From assembly GCF_009834535.1 (NCBI RefSeq), contig NC_045704.1, positions 17,484,001-17,548,000 on the forward strand: 64,000 nucleotides of DNA, given 5' to 3'. A program made the position numbers and the translations under genes. This stretch comes from Camelus ferus (lineage: Eukaryota). The notes under the pieces are model-generated. The model worked only from the letters and a program-made list of their open reading frames with translations. It did no database searches and was not told the DNA's origin. Positions 12,432 to 23,706 of this stretch are shown here, in pieces (within the stretch, counting starts at the first letter, position 1; the number at the start of each line of letters is the position of its first letter).

Positions 12432-13221
12432 TTTTTTGTTTAATTTATTGAAGTATAGTCAGTTTACAATGTTGTGTTAATTTCTGGTGTACAGCATAAA
12501 TTTCAGTTATACCTATACATACATATATTCATTTTCATATTGTTTTTCATTATAGGTTACTACAAGATATTGAATATAGTTCCCTGTGCTATACAGAAGA
12601 AACTTACTGTTTTTCTATTTTATATATAGTAGTTAGTATCTGCAGATCTTGAATTCCCAATTTATCCCTTCCCACCCCCTTTCCCCACTGATAACCATAA
12701 GTTTACTTTCTGTGAGTCTGTTTCTGTTTTGTAAATAAGTTCATGTTTTTTTTTTATTTTTTTTATTTTTTAGATTCCACATAAGAGTGATATCNNNNNN
12801 NNNNNNNNNNNNNNNNNNNNNNNNNNNNNNNNNNNNNNNNNNNNNNNNNNNNNNNNNNNNNNNNNNNNNNNNNNNNNNNNNNNNNNNNNNNNNNNNNNNN
12901 NNNNNNNNNNNNNNNNNNNNNNNNNNNNNNNNNNNNNNNNNNNNNNCATCTTCTTTATCCAGTCATCTACTGATGGACATTTAGTTTGCTTCCATGCCTT
13001 GGCTATTGTATATATTGCTGCTGTGAACATTGGGGTGCATGTGTCTTTTGGAATTAGAGTTCCCTCCAGATATATGCCCAGGAGTGGGATTGCTGAATAG
13101 AACGGTAAGTCTATTTTTATTTTGGGGGGGAATCTCCATACTGTTTTCCATAATGGCTGTACCAAACTACATTCCCACCAACAGTGTAGGAGGGTTCCTT
13201 TTTCTCCACACCCTCTCTAGC
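12432..13221 (-). mobile_element. 5'-truncated L1 (ORF2 end, 3' UTR and A-tail); 3' part of a chimeric retrocopy
   Basis: The minus-strand [15 protein letters not shown]...KDTCTPMFTAAIYTIAKAWKQTKCPSVDDWIKKM is L1 ORF2. The A-rich tail lies at 12432-12450. Confidence 0.9.
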
Positions 13222-13233
13222 AAAACAACCCCA

Positions 13234-13319
13234 CGACGGTTAGATACGTATTGTCAGGCCCGAGTGACTCTTTCATCCTTGTCAAGGGGAGTGCTATCCT
13301 TCTCTCTTTCATACAACAC
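13234..13319 (-). pseudogene. RNU6ATAC: U6atac (RNU6ATAC) snRNA retrocopy fused to L1
   Basis: The minus strand reads GTGTTGTATGAAAGAGAGAAGGATAGCACTCCCCTTGACAAGGATGAAAGAGTCACTCGGGCCTGACAATACGTAT-CTAACCGTCG. This matches human U6atac as recalled from nt 1, with about 7 differences over nt 1-77, then nt 111-120. An identical 12-bp TSD (TCCCCCAGATCT) lies at 12420-12431 and 13320-13331. Confidence 0.9.
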
Positions 13320-14059
13320 TCCCCCAGATCTCTGAATGGCTGTTTTTCGCTAAAATGTCATCTCTTCACAAAGGTCTTTGCCGGTGGCCCTATGCCTCAG
13401 TCACTCCCTTTTATAGTGCCTGTTTTTATTTGCCTCTTATCAAACACTGTCTGAAATTATCTTGCCTATTCATTTGTTTCTTACCCATCCTCTCTCTGCC
13501 TGGAATGTTGACTTCCTGCCGAAGAAGCTTGGTCTGCCCTGTTCACCACGGCAACCTCAGTACCGAGAACAGTGCCTGCCACGTGGTAGAGACTCAGTAA
13601 ATATTTGTAGAATGAATGAATAATTCTATCCATAAGACCTCGTATTGAATTTTCACGGCAAATTCCAGCCTTGAACTCCAAACTAAAATTGTGAACACAT
13701 CACAATGCTAGTCTTGAGATCCCACTTCTGTCCCTTACCTAGATCTAACCTCAACACCCACCACCCACACCTTTCCCGTCCCTAACCCTGCTTTAAAGAA
13801 AGAAGCCAACAGTTTCTTAGCGCATCATTCCCTTTTCTAGGGAGGTAGCAAGCCAGAGCTAGAGGAACAGGAAAGCTGAGGGGGGCTGTGAGTGCAGTGG
13901 GAGGTCAGGAAGGTACTCCAACAGGAAGGAATGCCCACCCTCTTCTAGGGAAATGCTGCGGAGTCCCACATACTAAGGCCCGTGGAAGAAGGGACGCCAA
14001 CCGATCCTTAACCCCTAGAAGAGTGAAAAGTGTGTGTTCCTTTAAGAGGAGGGTTGGAA

Positions 14060-14160
14060 AACGGAGGGGGCGTGGCCATGAGAAAAGACACCCGAGCCTG
14101 AATCGGATGGGTAGGATTAAAAAAAAGGCCAGCCCCTTCCGGTTACGTAGTCTTAACAAG
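14060..14160 (+). promoter_or_regulatory. DMAC2 CpG-rich proximal promoter
   Basis: GC-box-like GGGCGTGGC at about 14068, ETS core CTTCCGG at 14136-14142 and TTACGTAG at 14143-14150, all directly before the ATG. Confidence 0.6.
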
Positions 14161-17100
14161 ATGGTGGCGCCGAGGACGGTGGGTGACTTTAGTTAGAGCC
14201 CCTAAAATTAGCCCCTCTGCCTTCAGGGCTTCTGTCGGCCCCCAGGAAGCAAGGAGCAGGAGGGAGCAGAGGGCCTGTCCCGCTAACTCTCACGCTGAGC
14301 GGAGACGTGTGGCCGCAGGGGGTCGGGAAGGATCCGTGCGGGTCACAGACCGCAGAGGAGAGAAACCAGTGGGGAAGCAGGGCGTTCGGTGTGAGAAAGC
14401 GCGCCCAGCCAGTTAGGAAGGGATCCGACTGCGGGCGGGTGAGAGTGGGACCTGCAAGGGATGAGGGTTTGGAAGGGATTGGCCGAGAAACTGGGATTTG
14501 AGGTCCTAGGGTAGGGGACCAAAGGATACAAATGAGGGCAACTCATGGGAGAGTTAGGAATTTTGATGGAAAGCCAAAGGGATGATGGGTGTAGGGGGGG
14601 GGCAGGAACCAAGAGGTGAATTTGGGAATTCCAAGGAAGGACCTAGGAGAAATTAAGGGGAGAATTTGCCATATTGGTGGAGAGAATTTAGGAAGAATGG
14701 GCAAAATCAAGGGATAGACTTAACGAAAAATTAAAGTAAGAGGTTGGCAAGGTTCACAGCCGCACTATGTACAACAGCCAAGACATGGAAGCAACCTAAA
14801 TATCCATCCACAGATAACTAGATAAATAAGCTGTGGTATATTTATACAATGGAACACTACTCAGTGATTTAAAAAAAGGAATAAAATATTGCCATTTGTA
14901 GCAACATGGATAGACCAGGAGATCTTCATTCTAAGTGAAGTAAGCCGGAAAGAGAAAGAAAAATACCATATGATATCATTCATACGTGGAATCTGAAAAA
15001 AAAAAAAAGAAAAAAAAGACACTAATGAACTCATCTACAAAACAGATTTGCAGACATAGTAAACAATCTTATGGTTACCAGAAGGGAAGAGGGTGGGAAA
15101 GGATAAATTTGGGAGTTTGAGATTTGCAAATGTTAGCCACTATATATAAAAGTAGATATAAAAAAGCAGATTTCTTCTGTATAGCACAGGGAACTATATT
15201 CAATATCTTGTAATAACCTTAAATGAAAAAGAATATGAAAACGAATATATGTATGTATACGTGTGACTGGGACATTGTGCTGTGCACCAGAAATTGACAC
15301 ATTATAACCGACTATACTTAAATTACAAAAAAAAAAAGGCTAGATGACATTCAATTAAGAAATGAAGTAAGATTGGGAGCTTAAGAGGAATTTTGAGGGA
15401 AAATAAGAATTTGGGCAAAATTATCAGGAGAATGTGGTTAAAGCAAAAGGAGAAATGGAAGAGGCTAAGAGAAAACTTCAGAGGGGAAATTGAAGGAAGA
15501 GTTTGGGAGCTTTAACAAGTTAAGGGTGGTTTGGAGAAAAGATTATATTTGGGGTAAAGGAATGTGTTATTCAGGAAGACTCTGGGGAGAATTGGATAAA
15601 ATTAAGAGGAGAATTTGTGGGAAACTAAGAGGTCAGATAATAGAGGTTTTGAGAAAATAAGGGTTTGGGGGAAATTGGGAGGATTTGGGGAAACCAAGAA
15701 TATTTGGCCAAATCAAGGAGAATTTAGGAGCAGAACTTGGGGAAAACATGAGGACATTTTGTGGATCCCAGAGAATTTGGAAGTTCTGAATGGAGGATTA
15801 AGTGAGCGGAAAGCTTTGGGGAGGGGGATTTGTGGAGCAAGCACAGGGGGATCCCGCTGTGTGTCTCACAGGAGGCTCCAGGCTCAGCCCCTCCTCCCGT
15901 CTCCTCTTCCCCAGTCCCTGCGCCTGGCGGCCCCGGTATGGAACTGGGGTACCGGCAGCATCCGTGGCCTGAGCAGGGCAGTGGACCCGGAGGGCATTCA
16001 GAGGAAGGGGAGGACGCTGTTCCAGTTCCTGGCAGACCGATTCTATGACGTGGCGGCCGTGAGGGAGTACCTGCTCCGAAAGCAGGTGTTGAAGGTGCAC
16101 CAGAAGAATCGGTGAGAATCCCTGGCCTGCAAGACCCTGCTGTTCAGGCCTCCCTAGTCGGTGCCCACCCTGCCCTTGCCACTCCAGGCGGTGCCAGCTA
16201 TGCCCGCTTGCAGCGTCATCTCCAGCCCACACCTTTCCCACATTCCAGCGCATAAAGGCCGCCTGCCGCCCACCATCTCCTCTTGGAGTTCGAGCTGGCA
16301 CTTCAGACTATGTGGCTAACAGCACACCCTTGATTCCCCCTAGAAAGTCTTCTCACCCCAAGCCTTCTCCATCCCAGTGAACAGCCACATTCTGAGGAGT
16401 CATCCCTGATTCCTCTCTTTCCATCCCTTCCGTCCACATCCAGTCCATCAGTAAAATACTAGAATGTCACAGGTTTGCCCAGCGGTCATCTCTTACCTGG
16501 TCACCTCTTGCCCCTACAGTCTGTCATAGTCTCCAGAGCAGCCAGAGGACTCTTCAGAGAGCAGAATGGGTCACATGACTGCTTTGCCTCAAACCCTCAA
16601 ATGGTTTCCAGTCGCAACTAGAATAAAAGCCAAACTCTGAGGCTGAAAACCTGGCCCCTACTGAGCTTTGAGACCTCCACCAGAGACTCCCCCAACCCCG
16701 TCAGCTGATGGCCTTACTGCTGTTCGTTCAGCCATCCTAATTCAAGCCTCCAAGCCTTTGCACTCGCCGTTCCTTGGCCTGGCAGACTCTTGCCTTGACA
16801 TCTGCGTTCCTTCTCCCACTCATTCTCTGCTCAAGTGTCATCTCCTTCAAGAAGCATTTCTTCCTTTTTTTCCTATCATTACATCATTTTTATTAGTGAT
16901 TTTTATACTGTGAAATATTTGCTACATTTTTTGATGACATTCATAGTTCATTCAGAATCAGGCTTTCTGGGTTTCAGTAGGTGCATGAATATTAATTACT
17001 ACACAAATATAAAACTGTTATTCTGAAATAAGTTTCCTCAAGATTATTTTTATGTGGCTAGAATGACATGTCATGAAATAGAACAGAACTTTTCATTTGA

Positions 17101-19422
17101 ATATAACTCTTTATTCCTAAGAAGCATTTCTTAACACCCAAACTAAATTAGCCTCCTCTGTCCCTACCCCTGACCCAGCCCACTCCTAGTCTGTTCTTCT
17201 GTGTTAAGATCATCATGGAATTGATACTCTGCAGTTTGTTACCTGTTTCCCCCAGTGAAATAACTTCACAAGGGCGGGGCTGGTTATCTGCCTTGATCAC
17301 CACCGTCCCCTGGTGCCCAGCACCTAACAGGCACTCAGTAAATATTTGCAGTCTGAGTGTGTGTGTCCCCCTGCCTGCCTGCCTGCGTCTTGTGCTGTGG
17401 ACTCTGACCGTGTCAGCAGCGCCGGGGCCTGACGACGGGTGTGGTGCTGCCAAGCCTTATCCTCACTCTCCTCCCGGCAGGTCCTTCACCTACATCAAGG
17501 AGCGATACGGCCCGTACGTGGCAGGTGCCCACTTCATCCTGAAGCAGGGAGGCGCAGTCAAGTATGACGACAAAGGTGCAGAATGGGGTTGGGGGAGGCG
17601 GGAGAGCGGCTCCAAGCCCCAGGCTCTTCAGTCAGACAGGCTTCTGTGCGCCCCCCAGTCTCTGTCCCCTCCTAGCTGTGTGACTTGGGACTTGTTCCTG
17701 AGCTTCAGTTTTGTCATCTGTAAAATGGGTTTGCTGTAAAGATTCAAAGCCATTTTGCAATCCAGACAGTTGTAACAGGCCCGGCCTGGCACGTGTGCTC
17801 AGTCAGTGTTGGTGCTGCTTTTCTTTGCTCTTTCCCCCTTCCTTTCTCATTCTTACCTTCCTCCTCCTCCTCCCTTTTTTCTGCCTTTTAAATATTTTAT
17901 TATATATGTTTTTGTTTTGGGGGGAGGTAGTTAGCTTTATTTATTTATTTATTTTTAATGGAGGTACTGGGGATTGAACCCAGAACTTCATGCGTGCTAG
18001 GTATGCGCTCTACCTTCACCCCTACCTTTACTTTTTTGAAAAACAAAATTCATGTAAGCTTCATCAACCCCTCATCTTGGTTCCAGTTAAGATTCTCACT
18101 TGGTTTGAACACTCCCTCCAGCACCTGGAAATGCCTCAACTTTTGCCCATCTACAGGGAGTCTGGTCTTAGAGCTCTATTCTCTTCTGTTATCAGTAATC
18201 TCTTTGACCCTCAGCTTCCAGGTATGTAAAATTGGCCAAACCTTCCATCTTTGATGGGGTTGTCAGGGGATCCAATGAGGACAGACACGTAAAGCCCTTA
18301 GTCCAGGGCCTGGAATATAGTAAGTGCGCCAGGCCCAGTACAGTCGTTGTGTTATATGGGCTGCGAGTGTTCTCAAGAAGTTGGTGGCCTAGGGAGGGGT
18401 AGGGTACCCTGCAAACCCTGTCTTCCTTTCCAGGTTTCAGGACAAGGAGTGGATGCGGTCAAGTGGGCGTGGTCTGTCCTTTCTTGAGTTCTGGGAGTTC
18501 CGGGCGGTGCCCATAGAGGCTGTCGATGCCAGTGGCTGTGCCATCAACTACCAAGGCCTGGACCACCTCTGTGAGTGGGGGGTGGGGATGGGCAGGGCTC
18601 TGCACTTTCCCTTTCGTGGTGAGCTCCAGAAGGGCCCTCGGTGCCATCTGCCCTCTCCCCCCTCTAGTGGCCCTGAAGGAGCTCCAGTCCCTGTCGCTGC
18701 GGTGCTGTCCCCACGTGGATGACTGGTGTCTTAGTCGCCTCCACCAGCTGGCCGACTCACTGCAGGAGCTCTCGCTGGCTGGTTGCCCCCGAATCTCTGA
18801 ACGGGGCCTCGCCTGCCTCCACCACCTCTGGTGAGACCTCAGCTCAGGCTGGGCCCCAGGCCAGGCGAGGCGCTACCACCCAGCACAGATACATGGGAGA
18901 GGGAGTGGGGAGGGGGCGCCGCTGGGCAGCTCCCGCATTCCTGCCTCCAGGACAGAGTCAGTGTTTGTGGTGATGAGCACAGCTGAGCAGCACGGCAGAC
19001 CCCTGGGAGAAAGGAGGACCCCTGGTTTTTTTGTTTTAATGGAACTCCATGATATTTACACTGTTGCAAAACAAGAGGAGCCAGAGGTGTCTGTAACTAA
19101 CATGGTGGGTCTCATGTACTTGGGCCCTCAGACTTTTATTTTAGGAAGCTGGGGGTTGAAGTGGGGGCGGGGGCAACCCCCTCCCTACCCTGATGCAGAC
19201 ACGCAGTCCTTAGGCGGGCCTCCCCCATCTTGCCTCCTCAGGAACCTCCGCAGGCTGGACATCTCCCACCTCCCTGCTGTGTCCAACCCGGGCCTCACTC
19301 AGATCTTGGTGGAGGAGATGCTGCCCAACTGTGAGGTTCTGGGGGCTGGCTGGGCCCAGGGCCTCAAGTTGGGGCTGGAGGAGCAGTCGCAGGACACAGC
19401 CAGCAGCCCCATCCCTGCCTAG
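14161..19422 (+). CDS. DMAC2: Distal membrane arm assembly component 2 (ATP5SL, complex I assembly); join(14161..14178,15915..16111,17481..17561,18434..18570,18668..18830,19242..19422), 258 aa
   Basis: Six GT-AG-bounded exons total 777 nt in frame: MVAPRT|[10 protein letters not shown]...[11 protein letters not shown]...|[27 protein letters not shown]|FQDKEW...[16 protein letters not shown]|...LRR-like [20 protein letters not shown]...|NLRRLDIS...SSPIPA*. Confidence 0.93.
14752..15337 (+). mobile_element. L1 3' fragment in DMAC2 intron 1
   Basis: Runs from GTTCACAGCCGCACTATGTACAACAGCCAAGACATGGAAGCAACC through GCACAGGGAACTATATTCAATATC to an A-tail. Confidence 0.9.
17905..18014 (-). mobile_element. 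Camelid tRNA-derived SINE (vic-1-like), 5'-truncated
   Basis: GGTAGAGCGCATACCTAGCACGCATGAAGTTCTGGGTTCAATCCCCAGTACCTCCATTAAAAATAAATAAAT on minus; same family as the copies at 30630, 61549 and 62046. Confidence 0.75.
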
Positions 19423-20327
19423 ACTCAGCCTGCGTCAGCAGGGCTGCGCTGAGGGGCCGACAGCCCAGTTCTGGCTTCTAGGCGGTCTCACCAACGTGGG
19501 GGTCGGGCGGGCTGAGGGGCCCTGGTGGGATGGAGGGAAAGAGTGTGAGGCGGGGTATTTACTCCCCAACCCAGGGGGCTCTGTACCTTGGGCGGAAGGT
19601 CACAGCCCCTGTCAGGCACGCGTCCCTCCTTCCAGTTCACAACCTCCTCCTGCCTCTGCAGGCCTGGGGGAGGTGGGGGCTTCCCCACACCGTGCCCACC
19701 ACTATGTCAAGAAAACTCTGGTCAAATTATCCCATTTGCATGTGCTGCTGTTTCCTGCCGGGACCTGACCAAACAGGGGCTGCTACCCACGTTTTACAGG
19801 GTGCGCTTCCCTGTGTGGGACTCAGCTCACCGCAGGACCCAGGCGTGGTCCACACCAGTAAAGGCTGGGAGCGCCTCAGGTCCACGGTGTTCCTGCTTAT
19901 TGCATTACTGACTCAGCTCCAAATTCAACTTTCTTGTTTGCTCTGTGAAAATTGATGTGGCCCTTAGAAATATTTTTCCCTTGCTAACTGGCGTGATCAG
20001 GTTTGCCAGCAGAGGGCACTGGGAAGACGTTCCTCGTCAAGGGAAAGGCTTTTGCTTCCTGGCTCAGGTGTGCAGCGCGGCGCCCCCTGCAGTGCTGGCT
20101 CGGCTTCCCCAGTGCCTGGTTCCTGAAGCCCCAGGTGGTCAGCAGCACCCCCGGCAACACACCGCCCCACACACACCCCCGCAGTTTCACGCAGGAGCGC
20201 CTGCACGGAGACACCTCCCTGAATGCCTCACCACACCTCTGAACGTGGATTTCCAGTAAATTCTGAGGCACCTTACCAACGAATCCCTTCCTGTTTCAGT
20301 TTGCTGTTAAAGTCAATAATTCTTTAT

Positions 20328-20333
20328 ATTAAA
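20328..20333 (+). terminator. Candidate DMAC2 poly(A) signal ATTAAA
   Basis: ATTAAA lies about 900 nt past the stop codon and is followed by U/GU-rich sequence. Confidence 0.45.
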
Positions 20334-21951
20334 CTTTCCATGTTCAAAGCACTATGTAGTTTTTCTCTCCGGATTGGACCCAAACTGATACAGGACTGGC
20401 ATCCGGAGAGTTCCCAGAGATAAACTCAGAGGGACAGGATTTGGGAGTTGGTTTTTCCTGCCTCTGACTTGAGGGCAGCGCAGAAGCCCCTGGCAACGGG
20501 CAGAGGCACAGGAAGAACCCAGGGCATGCAGCAGCAGCAGCAGCATCTGAGGGGCTTCCTCTCGGGTTGTGATGAGGCGCCAACTGAAGGGCGTGCCCTG
20601 GGGGCTCCTAGGCTGCTGTGCTGACCTGTGGCAGTGATGACAGCCCTAAAGACAGTGCTGGGCGGGTTCCCTGGAGTGACTTTGAGCACCCAGCTCAGGT
20701 CACTGTCTCAGAACTGGAAAGCCCTCGTGACAGCCCCCACCACAGTTCTTACTTTTAGCTCCAGGGCTGATAAATGTGCTTTTTCCACAGAAGTTTGTAA
20801 GTTGCTAAGGTGCAACAGCTGACTTCATGGTCTTGAGAAGTTTCTCATGTAAAAGTAAGGACACTGACTGGTAAACAGTGGGACCCAGAAATTTGGAATC
20901 AGGTCATCTGGTTGGGCCCAAAGGAATCAGATTCTTGAACCCCCCGGTTGCTGCAGGCCCCCCCTTGCCAGTGTCTGAGACCACCGGGGATCCCTGCCCT
21001 GGAAGCCCTGTGCTGACCTCTCCTGGGGCAGACGCCCTGAAAAGGGTGACTGCTCTTAAGACTTCCACAAGCACCCGCTGCTGTCACTAGACCCAGAAAT
21101 ACCGAGGGTCAAGTCTCGGCGCACTCCGGGGGACAGGTGCTCACTATGACCCGAAGGCAACAGCTTTGACACGAAAAGGGGAAGACTTGCAAACATGTAG
21201 TGTCAGAACCCTGGGGAACCTGTGCAGGAGTGGGTCCTCAGGGTGTTAGCCAGTGAGGGCAGATCTCACTGGCTGGGGCCAAGTTCACTGACAGGAGGGC
21301 ACTTTAGTACTAGATCTAGATGTAACGAGTTAGCTAGTGCAGCCGGGGGTAGTCCTGACAGCTTTTCTAGGTTGGCTGACTGGAATTTGGACTCAACAGT
21401 GACCTACAATCCCTAAGGCGGGCGAGAAGCCAGAACTGCCCCAGCATCATCTGGAGAGGGACCTGAAGGCTCGGGAGGCAGGAATGCTGGGTTGTGTTCA
21501 CCGTGTTCTACCTGCACATCCCCCTCAACCATGCTCCACAAGGCACCTCTTCATTCTTGAAATTCGACTGTACCTGTTACAGTTGCTGGGTGGTTTCTCT
21601 CTCCTCATCGGGTGTCTGCAGACTGATGCACACAGCAACCAAAACCCTCTGCTTCGAGACTTCCCACCACTCCCAGGAGGGGCAGCTGCCCAGATCGAAG
21701 AACCTCCAGGCCCTGGGAGGTTCTCTGCTCTGCTAGATGAGCAGAGAGTTAGGGGGCCTGGACCCCCATCCTGGTCTGGGGGAGGCTTGAAGGCCCCTTC
21801 CAGGGATGCTCAGGGCCCTGATCCCAGCCCATTCTAGCTTTTATTCCATCAATATTTCCCACCTCCTCTGCACTCACTTCCCCCAGCTGGTCCCGTGGGC
21901 TCCATTATTCAAACCTGGCAGGGAGGGAATCAGTGCTGGACGGATAATCAA

Positions 21952-21975
21952 CTGCTGCTGCTGCTGCTGCTGCTG
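21952..21975 (+). repeat. (CTG)8 microsatellite upstream of B3GNT8
   Basis: Eight perfect CTG units counted directly. Confidence 0.95.
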
Positions 21976-23139
21976 AGATGATCGGCAGTCCCCAGCCTGG
22001 GTGGGGTGAAGGGTGTCAGGCCAGGCTCGCTGAGGGGCCTTCTGCCCCACCCCAGGAGGTCTGGAATGAGGAGGCCCCCCTGCCTGCCTCCCCAGACAGC
22101 TGATGCAGCCTCAACAGCAGGGGCCTCTGGAGGGCAGGGATGTAAACACAGGCAGACACTCTCTCCCATCCCAGGGGGCCGGATGTGAGTGTTCCTGGAG
22201 TCACGGTGCAGCTGGAGACAGGGCCGGGGCTGGAGTGAGGGATTCCCGCCCCACTGGGCAGGCAGCCCAGGCACCCAAGGGGACAGAGGAGGTGCAGGGG
22301 TCAGCTTAGCTCCAGGGCTCCTGGTGCCCCCACCCATCACCCTTCACTGCCCTCTAGCCTGGCTCATGCTCCACCCACCCCTTCCATCTGCCCCACTCCT
22401 GGCAGCTCTGGCTCCCTTCTCTGGCTCCCTTCTCGGCCTCTCCCTGGCTGAGGCTCTGTCCCCCACCCTGCGTCCCTCCACCTGCCTCTCCTCATGTCCC
22501 TTTCTACCCTCCCCAACAGGGGCTCCTCTTTTCTCTCACTTGCTGTCTCCATTTCCCTCCTCCTCCGACTCCACTTTCCCATCTCCTCTCCTGGCAGCTC
22601 TTTCCTCTTTGCCTCCCCAAGTCCTCTTTGCCTCTCCCTGGCTGTCTCTTCTCTGCACTGTCTATCTCTGCCCGTCTCTCCTCCTCCTCCCCCCCAGCCC
22701 CCTTCCCAACCCCCACCCTGACTGGGGGGGAGGGCCGATGACGACACCCCCTACCACTGGCAGGGCCACCCGTGCCCTCTCAGCACATTCACCTCCGCCC
22801 CGCCCTCCACCCCCGGCCAGGCGCTGCCACTTTAGGACTCTCTCTGTCCCTGGGCCCTCAGCCCATGGCTCCACCAGCCCTCAGCCTCAGCCTCCCTCGG
22901 GCTCTCTCCGGGGCCCCTGGTTCTCCCCTCCCCGGCCTGCTGGCCCCCCGTCAGTCTCTGCAGCCACCCCGGCACCTTTCCCGCTGCCTCACCAGAAAAC
23001 CAGCCCTAACACGTCAGAGCCCCATCTCTCAGGTTGGCCTCCTGCCCTCCTGCCCTCCTCCCCGTTCCCTCTCCCCTCCTCCCTCAGCCCCGCCCCAGCC
23101 CCTCCCGGCCCCTGGGGCCCTCCCAGCCTCTAGCTCCCC

Positions 23140-23267
23140 TCCCCGCCCCACCGACCAGCTGGGCTGGAGAACAAGGGCAGTAGCTCCAGGACGAGGGCAG
23201 GGGAGGCGGCAGGGAGGGCCGGACCAGAGGCCCAGGGCGCTGGAGCTGGCGGGAGCCGGACCCGGAG
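23140..23267 (+). other. B3GNT8: Candidate non-coding 5' exon of B3GNT8
   Basis: GC box CCCCGCCCC at 23141, a C-rich to G-rich skew switch near 23160, donor GAG|GTAAAG at 23267/23268, and acceptor TTCCTTTGCAG at 23674 before the ATG. Inference only. Confidence 0.4.
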
Positions 23268-23706
23268 GTAAAGACAGAGCAGCGCCTGGGGTGAGGACTT
23301 GGGCGGTAGAGGGAGGCTGGTTTCTGGTTTCCACGAAGGTGGAAGGAGGGGACCCTGTGATCCTGACTCCCGGTAAGGGGGATGAACTGGTGGGAGAAGG
23401 TTGGAAGGGCGGAGTACCGGTCTCTAGGGTGGGGATGGGGTTGAGGATGAGGAAGAGGCAGCCTCCTGAGTTTCTAGGAAGGTGGAAGGAGCTGGGCTGA
23501 TGGTGGAAGAGCAGGGTGTTGTAATGGGAGCAGGGATCCACAAGTCCAGGAAGAGGGGAAAGTCCTTGCTGGAGGGCTGGTTTAGGGTCTGGGACTGTGA
23601 GAAGCCTTACTGGGGTTGGCAGGGGCTGGAGGGCTCATCCCTGCACCCCAAAGGCCTCTGTGGTTCCTTTGCAGCTCCCACAGCTGCCCCTTCCCTGGGT
23701 CGGGTC

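Larger units (their letters stand above)
11480..13625 (+). mobile_element. Old L2 element, interrupted by an MLT1 LTR (about 11560-12010) and the U6atac/L1 chimera (12432-13319)
   Basis: L2 motifs (TTTGCACTAGCTGTTACCTCTGCCTG; AAATGTCATCTCTTC; AGTAAATATTTGTAGAATGAATGAAT) resume across both insertions. Confidence 0.75.

Noticed and set aside
21300-21345. Run of short palindromes resembling a polylinker (AGTACT, AGATCT, TCTAGA, CTAG)
   Set aside because: It matches no vector sequence I recognise and merges into normal genomic flanks; chance overlap of CTAG words is sufficient.
22189-23133. 314-aa Pro/Ser/Leu-rich ORF and overlapping 242-aa ORF upstream of B3GNT8
   Set aside because: By-products of a C-rich low-complexity promoter/intron region depleted of stop codons; no recognisable domain.
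23482-23706. 75-codon N-terminal extension of B3GNT8 in the ORF track (472 aa)
   Set aside because: A splice acceptor at 23674 lies inside it, and the conserved protein starts at MRCPK (23707); the extension is intronic.
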